A program made the position numbers and the translations under genes. A stretch of DNA of 64,000 nt from Vicinamibacteria bacterium (lineage in GTDB: Bacteria > Acidobacteriota > Vicinamibacteria > Vicinamibacterales > JAENWD01). The notes under the pieces were generated by a model that saw nothing but the letters and a program-made list of their open reading frames with translations, made no database searches and was not told the origin of the DNA. Each line of letters starts with the position of its first letter. The first letter of the stretch is position 1. The stretch spans positions 61,842 to 125,841 of the forward strand of contig CAWHFZ010000019.1 in assembly GCA_963828745.1 (NCBI GenBank), in the 5' to 3' direction. This document shows positions 38,875 through 52,386 of this stretch, piece after piece.

Positions 38875-39786
38875 CTATTGCGCTGATAATTCGTCGAATG
38901 CCGCGCCCAGGACGTTCGCGAGCGTTCCGCGTGGCGGAACGGACTGAAAATCCTCGAACCCCGGCAACGCCGCGATCGCGGTCAGGTCGTCTCGCGATTT
39001 TCCTGCGGCGATCGACTTCTGCACCAAATCGAGCACGGCCGTCAGATAGTCACGCATCGATCGAAGATCGGCGACGGTTCCGCTCGTGCCGGCGCCCTCC
39101 CTCGCGTGTCCGAACACGTAAATCGTGTCGTTATCGTGCGCGCGCTCGATCATCTCGAGCACGTCAACCCAGTGTTTGATCGTGCCGCCGGCTGGACGGT
39201 CGACGACGGGATGGCGCTGACGGAACGCCAGGTCGCCGACATGCGCGACGTTCGCGTTGACAAACGTCACGATGGTGTCGCCGCTCGTGTGGGCCGGACC
39301 GCAGTAGCGCAACTTCACGGTTTCGCGCCCGAGGGCCTGCGACCATTCGTTGTCGAAGAGCGTGTCGGCGTAGGCCTGCGAGTCGACGGCGTTCTGCTGC
39401 TCGGCGCTCCGCTTTTGAAGTGGCGGAACGTTGCGATGCGCGACGATGTGCTTCACCGCGGGCTGGAAGACGGGATTGCCGGAGGTGTGATCCGGATGAT
39501 GATGCGTGTTGATCAGGAAATCGATGGCGCGAGTGGCGCGCGATTTGACGCCATCGAGGCACGGCTTCGCGGTGTCGGGGAACTGGCTGTCGACCACAAC
39601 CACCGCGTCGGGCGTGATCAGCCAGCCGATCGTACCGCCACGTCCCGTGAAGATACCGACGTCGCGTCTGAGTGCGGTGAAGCTGACGCTGGGAGCCGCG
39701 GCGGATTGCGCAGCGGCCGTGCGCCGGAAAGGCACGACAGCCGCCACGCCGATCGCTTCGAGCAGCGCCCGCCGCGACAGCTTCAC
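38875..39786 (-). CDS. MBL-fold metallo-hydrolase with Tat-like leader
   Basis: SRRALL leader; NTHHHPDHTSGN, AHTSGD, HVGD, FGH. Confidence 0.9.
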   Translation of the reverse strand: MKLSRRALLEAIGVAAVVPFRRTAAAQSAAAPSVSFTALRRDVGIFTGRGGTIGWLITPDAVVVVDSQFPDTAKPCLDGVKSRATRAIDFLINTHHHPDHTSGNPVFQPAVKHIVAHRNVPPLQKRSAEQQNAVDSQAYADTLFDNEWSQALGRETVKLRYCGPAHTSGDTIVTFVNANVAHVGDLAFRQRHPVVDRPAGGTIKHWVDVLEMIERAHDNDTIYVFGHAREGAGTSGTVADLRSMRDYLTAVLDLVQKSIAAGKSRDDLTAIAALPGFEDFQSVPPRGTLANVLGAAFDELSAQ

Positions 39787-40685
39787 GCCGCCTCGGCGAG
39801 GATGCGGTTCATCCGACCTATCGCTTCGTCGAGCTCGGCAACCGACTTGAACCCCATGACCACGGCATCGACGCAGCCGCAGGTCATCGCGAACTTGAGT
39901 GCCTTCTCGCGATCGTCGGCGTTCGTGAAGTCACCGTTGCCGACCAGCTTCATGCCGATGATGCCACGCCCTTTGGCGTGCATCGCTCCGATCTCCTTCA
40001 TCGCGGCGTCACGATTGCCTGGCTCGCTCCATTGGCCGGCCGCGCCGTCCATGTGATGCCCCTGCGCGTTCACGCGCGCCAGGTGGACGTCGCACCAGTC
40101 CACGTCGGTTGCGGCCGTCAGCGCCGGCAGTCCATGGCACGAGACGCCCTTGAGCCGAATCGCCCCCTTCGCCTTCGCCTGGTCGAACGCATCCATCATC
40201 GGCCGCAGATCGGCGGGCCACGAGTGCTTCGTCGCGCAGTGCAGCAGCAAGCTGTCGATGTATTCGGTGCCGAGCTCGCGGCGGTAGCGGTCGAGCGTCT
40301 CCTGCGGCTTCGTCGGACCGTCGCCGTGGTCCCACGGCATCTTCGACTGGATGAAGAGCTTTTCGCGTGGCAGACCTTTGATCGCCTCGCGCACCATCTC
40401 GTGCGTCTTGTAGTTGTCGGCCGTGTCGATATACGTGATGCCGCGATCGAAGGCTTCGTGGATCAGCCGCCGGAAGCCATCCATTCCGAGATCGCGTTGC
40501 ACCTGACCGTTGTTGCTGCCGGTCCCGAGGCCGAGTCGCGCGATGGTCACGGCGCTTCTGCCCAGTGTGACCTGATCGCTGGCCAGCCGCCGCACTCGCG
40601 CCTGAGCCGGCACGCCGAACGCCAGCGAGGCACCGACCGCCGTTATGGACGTCCGCAGGAACTGCCGCCGATCGATCGTCGTCAT
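39783..40685 (-). CDS. Aldo/keto reductase with twin-arginine-like leader
   Basis: DRRQFL leader; DTADNY, LLH, GVSCH, GMK; paralogue of 17144..18016. Confidence 0.88.
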   Translation of the reverse strand: MTTIDRRQFLRTSITAVGASLAFGVPAQARVRRLASDQVTLGRSAVTIARLGLGTGSNNGQVQRDLGMDGFRRLIHEAFDRGITYIDTADNYKTHEMVREAIKGLPREKLFIQSKMPWDHGDGPTKPQETLDRYRRELGTEYIDSLLLHCATKHSWPADLRPMMDAFDQAKAKGAIRLKGVSCHGLPALTAATDVDWCDVHLARVNAQGHHMDGAAGQWSEPGNRDAAMKEIGAMHAKGRGIIGMKLVGNGDFTNADDREKALKFAMTCGCVDAVVMGFKSVAELDEAIGRMNRILAEAA

Positions 40686-40737
40686 TCGCGCCTCCGTGGG
40701 GCTTCATCCTCGCGCCGCGGCCGCCCGCAGGTCAAGT

Positions 40738-41769
40738 TCAACTGCCCTGACGGCGTGTGATGGCCGGGAGGTAGCGCCTCAGGCGGTGGAGGCGCGTGAT
40801 TGATGTAGGCCCGGCAGGGTCGCGCGTCAGCCGTTCGGCCAGGGCACGTCCGCGCTCGAGGCTCTCCCGGGAGTATTTCGCCACCAGGTCCGATGTCACC
40901 TGCCGGCCGTCGACGATCCACAGGACCATCGCCCGGCCGATCGCCTGCGTGCCCGCGTAGGCGACCGCGACCTTGGGGACGACGCCGACGATCGGTATCA
41001 GCCCGACGAGGCTCCGCGCCGCCTGCCGAAAGAGGAGACCGCCGCCAAGGACGCCGATGATTTCCGTCATCAGGGCGCGAGGCTCGCCGTCGCGGCCGGC
41101 CGCCAACGCGATCCGGTAGCACATCATCAGCTGATTCTTGGTGAGCACGACCATGTCGCCGAGATTCAGCGGGACGCTGAGCACGGGAATGGTTTCGGCG
41201 AGACCGGTCGTCAGGGCGAAGCTGGCGTTGGCACGCGCCGTCTCGTCGATGATCCGGTTGAAAACGGCATGACGCACCATCGGTAATTGCGCCGCCACCG
41301 CAATCCGTCGATCGTCGCCGACGCTCTCGGCCAGTGCCGCTCCCAGCCGCTCCGCAGCCTCGTCGTCCAGCGACACGCTCGTCAACCGGCTTCGCTCGCC
41401 GGCGCGAATCACCGCAGCATGCGACGACCTGTCGCCAACGACGAGTGTCAGAAGCGGCGCACCGGCTTCGGTGATGCGGTGCGCGGCCTGATGAAGTGCG
41501 GGAGACAGGTCCGGCTCGCGCGAGACGATGACGCCGGCGAACACCTGCTTGAACGGCAGCGATTCCGCGTCCTGTGCGGCGGCACACGCAATCCAGGGAT
41601 GCGGCGCGGGGAGCCCTCTCGACAGCAGCGCGCGCAGACGGATGGCGTCAGTACCGCTTTCCGAGACGATGACCAGCGAAAAGCGTGTCCGTGCGGCGGC
41701 CCGGACCGACGTCAGGTCGACATCGCGCAGGATGCGCCAGAGATTGGCCAGCTTGAGCGGATTCGCCAT
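40738..41769 (-). CDS. Hypothetical protein with DUF697-like C-terminal region
   Basis: IPVL..GDMVVLTKNQLMM..IALA.G and LIPIVG..K.AVAYAGT.AIG pattern. Confidence 0.65.
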   Translation of the reverse strand: MANPLKLANLWRILRDVDLTSVRAAARTRFSLVIVSESGTDAIRLRALLSRGLPAPHPWIACAAAQDAESLPFKQVFAGVIVSREPDLSPALHQAAHRITEAGAPLLTLVVGDRSSHAAVIRAGERSRLTSVSLDDEAAERLGAALAESVGDDRRIAVAAQLPMVRHAVFNRIIDETARANASFALTTGLAETIPVLSVPLNLGDMVVLTKNQLMMCYRIALAAGRDGEPRALMTEIIGVLGGGLLFRQAARSLVGLIPIVGVVPKVAVAYAGTQAIGRAMVLWIVDGRQVTSDLVAKYSRESLERGRALAERLTRDPAGPTSITRLHRLRRYLPAITRRQGS

Positions 41770-41778
41770 CGACCACGC

Positions 41779-42828
41779 TCACGGGCGCGCCGCGAGCTCC
41801 TCGTCGATGAAGCGCACGAACGTCTCGAAAGGAACGGCGCCCGAAAGCGGCCGCCCGTTGATGAAGAAGCCAGGCGTGCCGTTGACGCCGTGGCGGGCGC
41901 CTTCATCAGCCTGGGCCTGAACAACCGTCGCCGCCTTGCCCGACGCGACGCATGATTCGAACCGTGAGACGTCCAGCCCGGACTTCCCCGCGAAATCGGT
42001 GAGCGGCGTCGCGGTCGGACTCGAGGATGCGTAGACGGCGTCATGGAATTGCCAGAAGCGATCCTGCTCGGCCGCGCACCAGCTCGCTTCGGCGAACTTT
42101 CGCGCCTGCGGGTGAAGGTTGTCGAGCGGCAGGTGTTTGTAGACCAGCCGCACCTGCGTCGGGTACTTCGCGAGCAGCTGGAGGAGCGTCGGCTGGACGC
42201 GCCGGCAGTAAGGGCAGTGAAAATCCGAATACTCGACGATGGTGACCGGCGCGACTTTCGGGCCACGGATTGGGGCGCCATCCACCTCGATGGAGGCGCG
42301 GAAGACCGGCGGCGCCTTCAACAGCACATCGACCTTCGCCTTCCGCCGCAGATCGTCGACGAACGCCGTGCGCCGCTCCGTCGTCCGCTGCTCCTCAATG
42401 TAGTTCCGGATCTGGCCGCGGATCGCCGCAGGATCCGCCGGAAGGCGTTCGCGATTCGCGACGATGAACGCGTCGATCTCCGGGTCGCTGACGCTTCCCG
42501 CTTTCTTCGTGATCTCCTCGTCGACGAGCGATTCGACCGACGTGCCCCGGCGCTTCGCCTCCGCTGCCAGCAGCCGGCTCGTGATCAACTCGTCGAGCTG
42601 GTCCCTGCGGATACCGTACGCCTGCTCGTCGAGTTTTGCGATCTGCGCCGCGACGGAGGCTTCAAGTTCCTGGCGCGAAACTGGCACGCCATCGACGACG
42701 GCAACGGCGTCGTCCTGGGCCGCCTGAGTGGGGGGCGAGGATTGCGCGGCGTTGCCGCATCCCGTCGTCGAACCCCAGGCGGTCACCGTCGCCAGCACAA
42801 TCGCGGCCGACACGTTTCGGGAGGGCAT
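41779..42828 (-). CDS. DsbA-family thioredoxin with N-terminal SurA-like helical domain (probable lipoprotein)
   Basis: YSDFHCPYC, GVNGTPGFFING; VAVVDG..VS..EL N-domain. Confidence 0.9.
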   Translation of the reverse strand: MPSRNVSAAIVLATVTAWGSTTGCGNAAQSSPPTQAAQDDAVAVVDGVPVSRQELEASVAAQIAKLDEQAYGIRRDQLDELITSRLLAAEAKRRGTSVESLVDEEITKKAGSVSDPEIDAFIVANRERLPADPAAIRGQIRNYIEEQRTTERRTAFVDDLRRKAKVDVLLKAPPVFRASIEVDGAPIRGPKVAPVTIVEYSDFHCPYCRRVQPTLLQLLAKYPTQVRLVYKHLPLDNLHPQARKFAEASWCAAEQDRFWQFHDAVYASSSPTATPLTDFAGKSGLDVSRFESCVASGKAATVVQAQADEGARHGVNGTPGFFINGRPLSGAVPFETFVRFIDEELAARP

Positions 42829-42880
42829 GTTGTCAGTCTAGCAGCAGCCCGCGGCACGCTTCCTGCGCCTGGCCCCCCGA

Positions 42881-46396
<3,516 letters not shown>

Positions 46397-46405
46397 CAGA
46401 TCGTC

Positions 46406-46429
46406 GTAGGGCCCGGAGTTCATCGGGCC
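46406..46429 (+). repeat. GTAG-type REP-like palindrome
   Basis: GTAG-GGCCCG-GAGTTCAT-CGGGCC just after the kinase stop. Confidence 0.5.
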
Positions 46430-46495
46430 AGCGAGCAGGGACGGCACGGCGGGCCTGGTGCTCTGGCCGTGCGGCCCTGCTGCTCTGGAGCGCGC

Positions 46496-47834
46496 CTACG
46501 GCAGGAGCGGCTTGATGAGGACGTTGCGATACGCGACGGGATCGTCGTGGCCCGCGAAGCCGAAGTGGCCCGAGCGCCGATCCTTGCCTGGATGCTCGCG
46601 CCCGTCCATGAACTCCGTCACATGCGCGACGTCGGCATCCACGATCCGCGTACCGTTGAGCTCCACGGCGATGGTGGATCCCTTCACCGTGACTTCCTGA
46701 AAATTCCACTCGCCGGCGGCGCGGAGGTAGCCGCGCTGCGCGGCCACCATCCCGTAGATCGACCCGTGGTACTGCCGCGGATCGAGTGACGCGTATTTCG
46801 GCGAATCGTTATCGAGCACTTGCAGCTCGCACATCCCCACATATGCGGTATCGCCTTCGCCGGGATAGCGAATGGCGAGTCCGTTATTGCCGCCTGACGG
46901 CAGTTTGAACTCCAGCCGGGCGCTGAAGTCGGCGTACTCGCGAGCGGTGTAAATGGTGCCACCCTTCTCAGGTTTGCAGACGAGCGTCCCGTCGACGATC
47001 GCGTACTGATCGGTGGGTCCCTTCCAGCCAGTCCAGTCGCGCCCATTGAAGATCCGCTCGTATCCCGACGCGTCGCGCGCCGCCAGGATCGCCGTCGCCT
47101 CCTTTGCCGGGATCTCACGAATGCGCAGGTTCCGCCAGCGGATTTCGCCGCCGTGCGTCTGAAGCTGTATCGGTCCGCGCGGCCAGAGTGGCAGCTTCCG
47201 ATCCCAGAAGTTCTCCATGCGGGCGCCGTCAACGACGACCTGCCCGTTCAACCAGACCCACGTCCGCTCTCCGACCTGCATGATGCGGAGACGGTTCCAC
47301 TGGCCGAACGGCTTGTCCGCCTTCACCAGCGGATCACGTCCGGGCGCGCCCGGAGCGTTGTTGAAGAGGCCACCGGATCCGAACTGCGCGCCGCGGTCCC
47401 ACTTGCCGCCGGCTTCGGTCGTGTCCCAGATCTGGACCTGCGGGTTGCCGCGGAGGTAGATGCCGCTATCCGCCTTCGCGACGGTTCGGGTACTCGAGGC
47501 GGAGTTCGATGTCACCGAACTCTTCGTCGGTCGTGGCGTACGAGCCCTCGCCGTCGTTGACGAGTTCGCCTCGTTCCACCCGCCAGTGTTGCTGGAATTC
47601 GGGCTGGCTCTGCTCTCGGGCCCGCGCGCGGCCGGCGGGATCCATCGCCCAGATGCTCCGCGGATCGACGTGGCCGCGGCCGTGCCAGTTGCGGAGATCC
47701 CGTCCATCGAACAACGCGCGGAACGACGACTCGGGCGCCATCGAGGGCAAGGCCGACTGTCGCGCCGCCGCAAGTGAAACGGCACAGAGCGCGATCGACG
47801 TCGTGCAGGTCAGAACCGTACGCACAGGGATCAC
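46496..47834 (-). pseudogene. Tandem DUF1080 (3-keto-disaccharide hydrolase-like) secreted protein, frameshifted at ~47488-47490
   Basis: LFDGRDL..W, FGDIELRLEY | DSGIYLRG, GPIQLQTHG, second domain IFNGRD..GGNNG..GHFGFAGH; removing one base of a GGG run joins the frames. Confidence 0.85.
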
Positions 47835-47835
47835 G

Positions 47836-48873
47836 TTATCGGTTCGCCAGCCGGTCGGCAAGCGTCGCCACGCTCAGCGCATAGGTATGCGCGCAGTTGT
47901 AGCCGAGGAGCGCTTCGTAGTTGCTGGTCACGAGCCACGCCCTGTTGTCGATGCGAAGCAGTGAGGCTGGGCGAACCGACGACGGAAGCGAAGCGCCTCC
48001 ACGCGCCGGGACGACGCCCAGGGCTTTCCATTCCTTCAACGCACGCGGCTCGCTCAAGTCGCGGACGGCGCGGCAGCCGCTGGCACGAAGCGGCACGTCC
48101 GAGATGCGTCCGGTCGCACGCGCCGGAACGGTCACGGCGTAGCCCCACTTCGCGCCCTTCACCCACCCGTGGCCCCTCAGGTAGTTGGCGATGGATGCGA
48201 AGATGTCCGGCTCGGAGGACCAGATGTTGCGGCGGCCGTCCTTGTCGAAATCGACCGCCCACGCCAGGTAACTCGAGGGGAGGAACTGGGTCTGGCCCAT
48301 CGCGCCGGCCCAGGATCCCTTCAGGTCGTCGTGCTGCATGTCGCCGGCATCGAGGATCGTCAGCGCGTCGAGGAGCTCGCCGCGAAACAGTCCGCGGCGG
48401 CGATCGTCATATGCCAGGGTCGCCAGCGACGGAATCACCGGACGCACGCCGCTGAACCGCCCGAAGTTGGACTCGAGGCCCCACACCGCGACCTGCACCC
48501 GCGGCTCGACGCCATACGCCGCTGCGACACGCTGCGTGAGGCTCGCGTGCTCTTTCAGGCGGCGGCGGGCCGTGCGCACGGTCTCCGCGGTCAGACGCCG
48601 CCGGAGATAAGCGGACAGGTCGAGCGTGAATTCGGCTTGCTGCCGATCGCGGTCGAGCACCGTCGGCACGGGCTCCAGGCCGGTCAGCGCGATATCGAGC
48701 GTCGCCGGCTTGATCCCGCGGGCGAGGGCGTCGGCCCGAACCGATTGCAGCCATTCGCCAAATGTCGGAATCGGAGGCACACTCGCCGCTTGCCGGCCGC
48801 GAGTGGCGCCAGACGATGCCGACCAGAGGATCAGAAAAAGGAGTGTGACGTACCACCCGCGAGCCCATCGCAT
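47836..48873 (-). CDS. Lytic murein transglycosylase (MltB/SLT_2 family)
   Basis: AVWGLESNFG, GSWAGAMGQTQFLPS, AVDFDKDG, ASIANYL, YN..YA. Confidence 0.93.
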   Translation of the reverse strand: MRWARGWYVTLLFLILWSASSGATRGRQAASVPPIPTFGEWLQSVRADALARGIKPATLDIALTGLEPVPTVLDRDRQQAEFTLDLSAYLRRRLTAETVRTARRRLKEHASLTQRVAAAYGVEPRVQVAVWGLESNFGRFSGVRPVIPSLATLAYDDRRRGLFRGELLDALTILDAGDMQHDDLKGSWAGAMGQTQFLPSSYLAWAVDFDKDGRRNIWSSEPDIFASIANYLRGHGWVKGAKWGYAVTVPARATGRISDVPLRASGCRAVRDLSEPRALKEWKALGVVPARGGASLPSSVRPASLLRIDNRAWLVTSNYEALLGYNCAHTYALSVATLADRLANR

Positions 48874-48950
48874 GCCAGTGTGGACGATTCTACCGCTCGA
48901 TGCGGCCAGCATGCTTGCCGCGTGCGGGATCTTCTGACTACGCTAGGCGC

Positions 48951-50408
48951 GTGCCGACACCGCGTCGAATCCTGATGGTGGCTGCCGAAGCCGCACCGTT
49001 CGCGAAAACCGGCGGGCTCGCCGATGTCGTGGGCTCGCTGCCGAAGGCGCTCGCCGCACGCGGTCACGACGTGCGCGTCGTGATGCCCGCCTACGCCGAT
49101 ATCGAGCGTGCTGCGCAGTCCGGCCGGTGGGGGTTGAAGCGGGGCGCGGGCGTCCTTCGCGTTCCTGTGGGCGGCGGATTCGTTGACGCCGGTGTCTTCG
49201 AGACGACGCTGCCGGGATCTTCGGTGCCGATCTCCTTCATTGCCGAACGGCATCTGTTCGATCGCCCGCAGATTTACGGCTACGGCGACGATCCGTATCG
49301 CTTTGCGTTCTTCAGCCGTGCTGCGCTCGATCTCGTGGTCGCGGCGGAGGGCTGGCGTCCGGATGTGGTGCACGCGCACGACTGGCACGCCGCGCCCGCG
49401 ATTGCGTGGCTGGCGACGGCGGGGCGCCTCGACCCCCGCTATCGCGGCCTGCCGACGGTTTTCACCATCCACAATCTGCTGCACCAGGGCAAGGGCCCGC
49501 GGGAGGTGCTGGGCTATCTCGGGATCGACGCGTCACCGCTTGTCGAGGAAGGGCCGTCGAGCACGAATTTCATGGCGCGGGCGATCTACCACGCCACGAT
49601 GATCAACACGGTCAGTCCGACCTACGCCCGCGAGATTCTGACTCCGGAGTACGGCGAAGGCCTCGACGCGCTCCTGCGCTACCGCCACTTCGACGTGCAC
49701 GGGATCCTGAACGGTCTGGACTACGAGGTGTGGAATCCCGCCACCGACTCGCACCTCGCGGCGGCCTACGATGCGAGCTCGATCGACAACCGTGCGGCGA
49801 ACAAGCGCGCGCTCCAGGAACAGCTCGGCCTGGAGCCGACCGACGTGCCGCTGGTGGCGATGGTCACCCGTCTCGACGCGCAGAAGGGCGTCGACATCGC
49901 CGGACACGCCGTTCATCTGCTGCTCAACGCGATTGCGGGAGAAGCGCAGTTCGCGGTGCTCGGCTCGGGCGCTCCGGAGTTCGAGACGATGTTCCGCCAC
50001 CTGGCGGCCTATCACACGCGCAAGATGGCCGCTGTCCTTCGTTACGATGCCGCACTGGCGCCGCTGATCTACGCCGGCAGCGACCTCTTCCTGATGCCGT
50101 CGCGCTTCGAGCCGTGCGGGCTGGGGCAGCTGATCGCGATGCGCTATGGATCGGTCCCCGTGGTGCGGCAGACGGGCGGGCTTGCCGACACGGTCCACGA
50201 GGGCGAGACCGGTTTCAGCTTCGTCGATTACACACCCGACGCCCTCTGGCAGGCATTGGCTCGAGCTGTCAGCACGTGGTGGCACGATCGCCCCCGCATC
50301 GACCAGATGGGGCAGCAGGGGATGGCGCAGGACTTCTCGTGGGCCGCGTCAGCCGGCGGTTACGAGCAGCTGTTCGAATGGGCGATCGCGCGGGAGCGCG
50401 GCTGGTAG
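48951..50408 (+). CDS. glgA: Glycogen synthase
   Basis: KTGGLADV, HAHDWH, FTIHN, TVSPTYA, GILNG, PSRFEPCGL. Confidence 0.95.
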   Translation: MPTPRRILMVAAEAAPFAKTGGLADVVGSLPKALAARGHDVRVVMPAYADIERAAQSGRWGLKRGAGVLRVPVGGGFVDAGVFETTLPGSSVPISFIAERHLFDRPQIYGYGDDPYRFAFFSRAALDLVVAAEGWRPDVVHAHDWHAAPAIAWLATAGRLDPRYRGLPTVFTIHNLLHQGKGPREVLGYLGIDASPLVEEGPSSTNFMARAIYHATMINTVSPTYAREILTPEYGEGLDALLRYRHFDVHGILNGLDYEVWNPATDSHLAAAYDASSIDNRAANKRALQEQLGLEPTDVPLVAMVTRLDAQKGVDIAGHAVHLLLNAIAGEAQFAVLGSGAPEFETMFRHLAAYHTRKMAAVLRYDAALAPLIYAGSDLFLMPSRFEPCGLGQLIAMRYGSVPVVRQTGGLADTVHEGETGFSFVDYTPDALWQALARAVSTWWHDRPRIDQMGQQGMAQDFSWAASAGGYEQLFEWAIARERGW

Positions 50409-50424
50409 AACGACGGCGCCCGTC

Positions 50425-51002
50425 TTAGAACACTCGCCTCATTGCGCGCCCGGCGCTGCGGAACCCACCTGCCACAGCACTGCCGGCGGTCGCGAACACC
50501 GCGGTCACCGGGTCGCGCCGCGCGCCGCGCGCGGGAGGCGGTTCGAGATGGCGATCCGCATCAGCGACGGCCGCAGGTAGCGGCGTCTCGACGAACGTCG
50601 CGCTCATCGCGAGGCGCGTCGGTACGAACTGGACGGTATCTTCGGGATATTCGATCGTCGCCACGCGCGGCATGACCACCCGCGCGGGTTCGACGTCACG
50701 GTCCGCCAACCGCCGTTCCAGCGTCTCGCGCGATGACATGCGCACGCGACGTGGCACCACGCGTCGAGACAAAGACGCCGTGCGCGTCTGCGGTTCGACC
50801 GCGTGCTCGCTGAGTTCAGGCGTCCGGTCAACGACTGACGAACCCGCGTCAGTGAGCTCCAACGCGTGCGTCATCGTCGCCACCGGCCGGACGCTGTCGT
50901 CGTGTTTCGACGGCGCGAGGAAGTGAATCCCAGCGGCAATGAACAGGACCAGCGTGACTCCGGAGACAGCGATGCCCGCGCGGCGCCACTCCGACGCCGT
51001 CA
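50425..51002 (-). CDS. Hypothetical single-TM protein (start unclear)
   Basis: Open frame with TM GIAVSGVTLVLFIAAGIHFL and amphipathic C-terminal helix; fused to the upstream gene in the ORF track only through frameshifts. Confidence 0.4.
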
Positions 51003-51660
51003 GTCCTGAGTCGGCGTCAGTCGGCTCCGTGCGTGATCCACCTCGCGCTGAAACACCAGCAGCGGATCCGCGTTCGATGCCAGGGTCGTGAAATTCCACG
51101 TCCGCCCCCCGCGCTGCTTGACCTGCAGCGTCTTGCTCTAATAGTCGAGCGCAAACTTCTCGAGGTCGCCGAACGTCAGCGTCCAGGCGTCGTCCTGGTT
51201 CGCTGTCTGGTAGCGGAGACTCGATCGACTGCGATGATCCATCATACCCCTCGGCTGAGACCTCGAGATGATGGGATCCGGGTTCAACATCGCTCGTGTC
51301 GAGCGGGGTCTTGCCGAGGTATTTGCGGTCCAGGAATACGAAAGCGCGACGTCGCGGTGACCCGAAGCGACGGATGCGCTGCCGTGACCGGCGCGGTTCG
51401 CTCTTCACGTCGGGCCGGGATTCCCGGCGGCGAGGGCGTTCCGCGGGCGCAGCGGGCGGCGTCGATGAACGCGGAGGCGGCGGTGCCGGCGTCGTCTCGA
51501 CAGGCGCGAGAACGGTTGGGGCGGGCGCGACCGGCTCGGGCGGCGGCTTCAGCCACCAGGCGATCAGGGCACCAAGACCAACGACGACCACGAGCGCGAC
51601 GATGATGCTGAGCCGGGACCGCGCGTGTCCCGGATCGCTGGCCTCCGACCGATCCGTCAC
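51000..51660 (-). pseudogene. PEGA-domain membrane protein with frameshifts, an apparent deletion and an in-frame stop
   Basis: TM, Pro-rich linker, AFVFLDRKYLGKTPL..VEPGSH..VSAEGY (PEGA); a coherent C-terminus LRYQTANQDDAWTL..DY*SKTLQVK..DPLLVFQREVD lies in another frame. Confidence 0.65.
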
Positions 51661-51956
51661 GCAGGGCGCTCCCGGATTTTGGCGATCTTCCGCTCGCGAT
51701 CCTCGGTGACGCGCTCGACGTCGCGGCGATATTCGGCTTCGAGCGCGTCACGCGCGCCCGGATCGAACGCACCGGCCAGCGCTGACTGGTGGAGAATCTT
51801 CAGCTCCGCGAGCCGCGCCTCCGCCACGCGCCGTACCTCCGCAATCTCAGTTTTCTGCGCCTCGCTGACCGGCCCGGTCACCACACCTTCTTCGGCGTCT
51901 TTCTTCCGAAGCCGTTCCATTGCCAGTTCGTACGCGCTCTTCGGTCCGTCTCCCAT
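51657..51956 (-). CDS. Small helical hypothetical protein
   Basis: KSAYELAMERL N-terminus; charged coiled-coil; overlaps the next start. Confidence 0.75.
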   Translation of the reverse strand: MGDGPKSAYELAMERLRKKDAEEGVVTGPVSEAQKTEIAEVRRVAEARLAELKILHQSALAGAFDPGARDALEAEYRRDVERVTEDRERKIAKIRERPA

Positions 51957-51990
51957 GGCCGCGCGCGACAGCATATATCACGGCGGCTCC

Positions 51991-52386
51991 GGGTCACAGA
52001 CGGGCACAGACTGAGGCGGTCACGGACGGACGTGGACGCCAGAGGGTCACGGACGGCACGGACATGCGCGGACGCACATTTACGCGGTGGCGGATTCCGG
52101 CAGCAGGGACGCAGGGTCGCGCATCCAGCCGCGCTACGCGCGGCGCGACCCGTGAGCCTTCATCTCAGCCGGTTGAATTCGTTGAGGCCCGTGCGATTTG
52201 CCCGGGTTCGCGGGCGGGATCACGGCAAGGGCGACCGCGCGGCGCGGGTCGAAACCGCGACGCCGAGATCAGGACCCTCGGTTTCAATCTACGTTCTGTC
52301 CAATCTGAGTCCGTGAGCCTCCGTGAAGTCCGTGACCGACCTGATCCGCGAAGTCCGTGACTGATCCGATCCGCGAAGTCCGTGAC
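51991..52386. repeat. Inverted short-tandem-repeat cassette, GTCACGGAC/GTCCGTGAC core, with ~230-bp interior
   Basis: Left arm gtcacagac/gtcacggac/gcacggac; right arm gtccgtgag/gtccgtgac with ATCCGCGAAGTCCGTGAC twice; abuts the kinase stop. Confidence 0.82.

Noticed and set aside
50425-51660. Single 411-aa protein as given in the ORF track
   Set aside because: Appears to be a chimera of a damaged PEGA gene and a downstream gene joined by frameshifts
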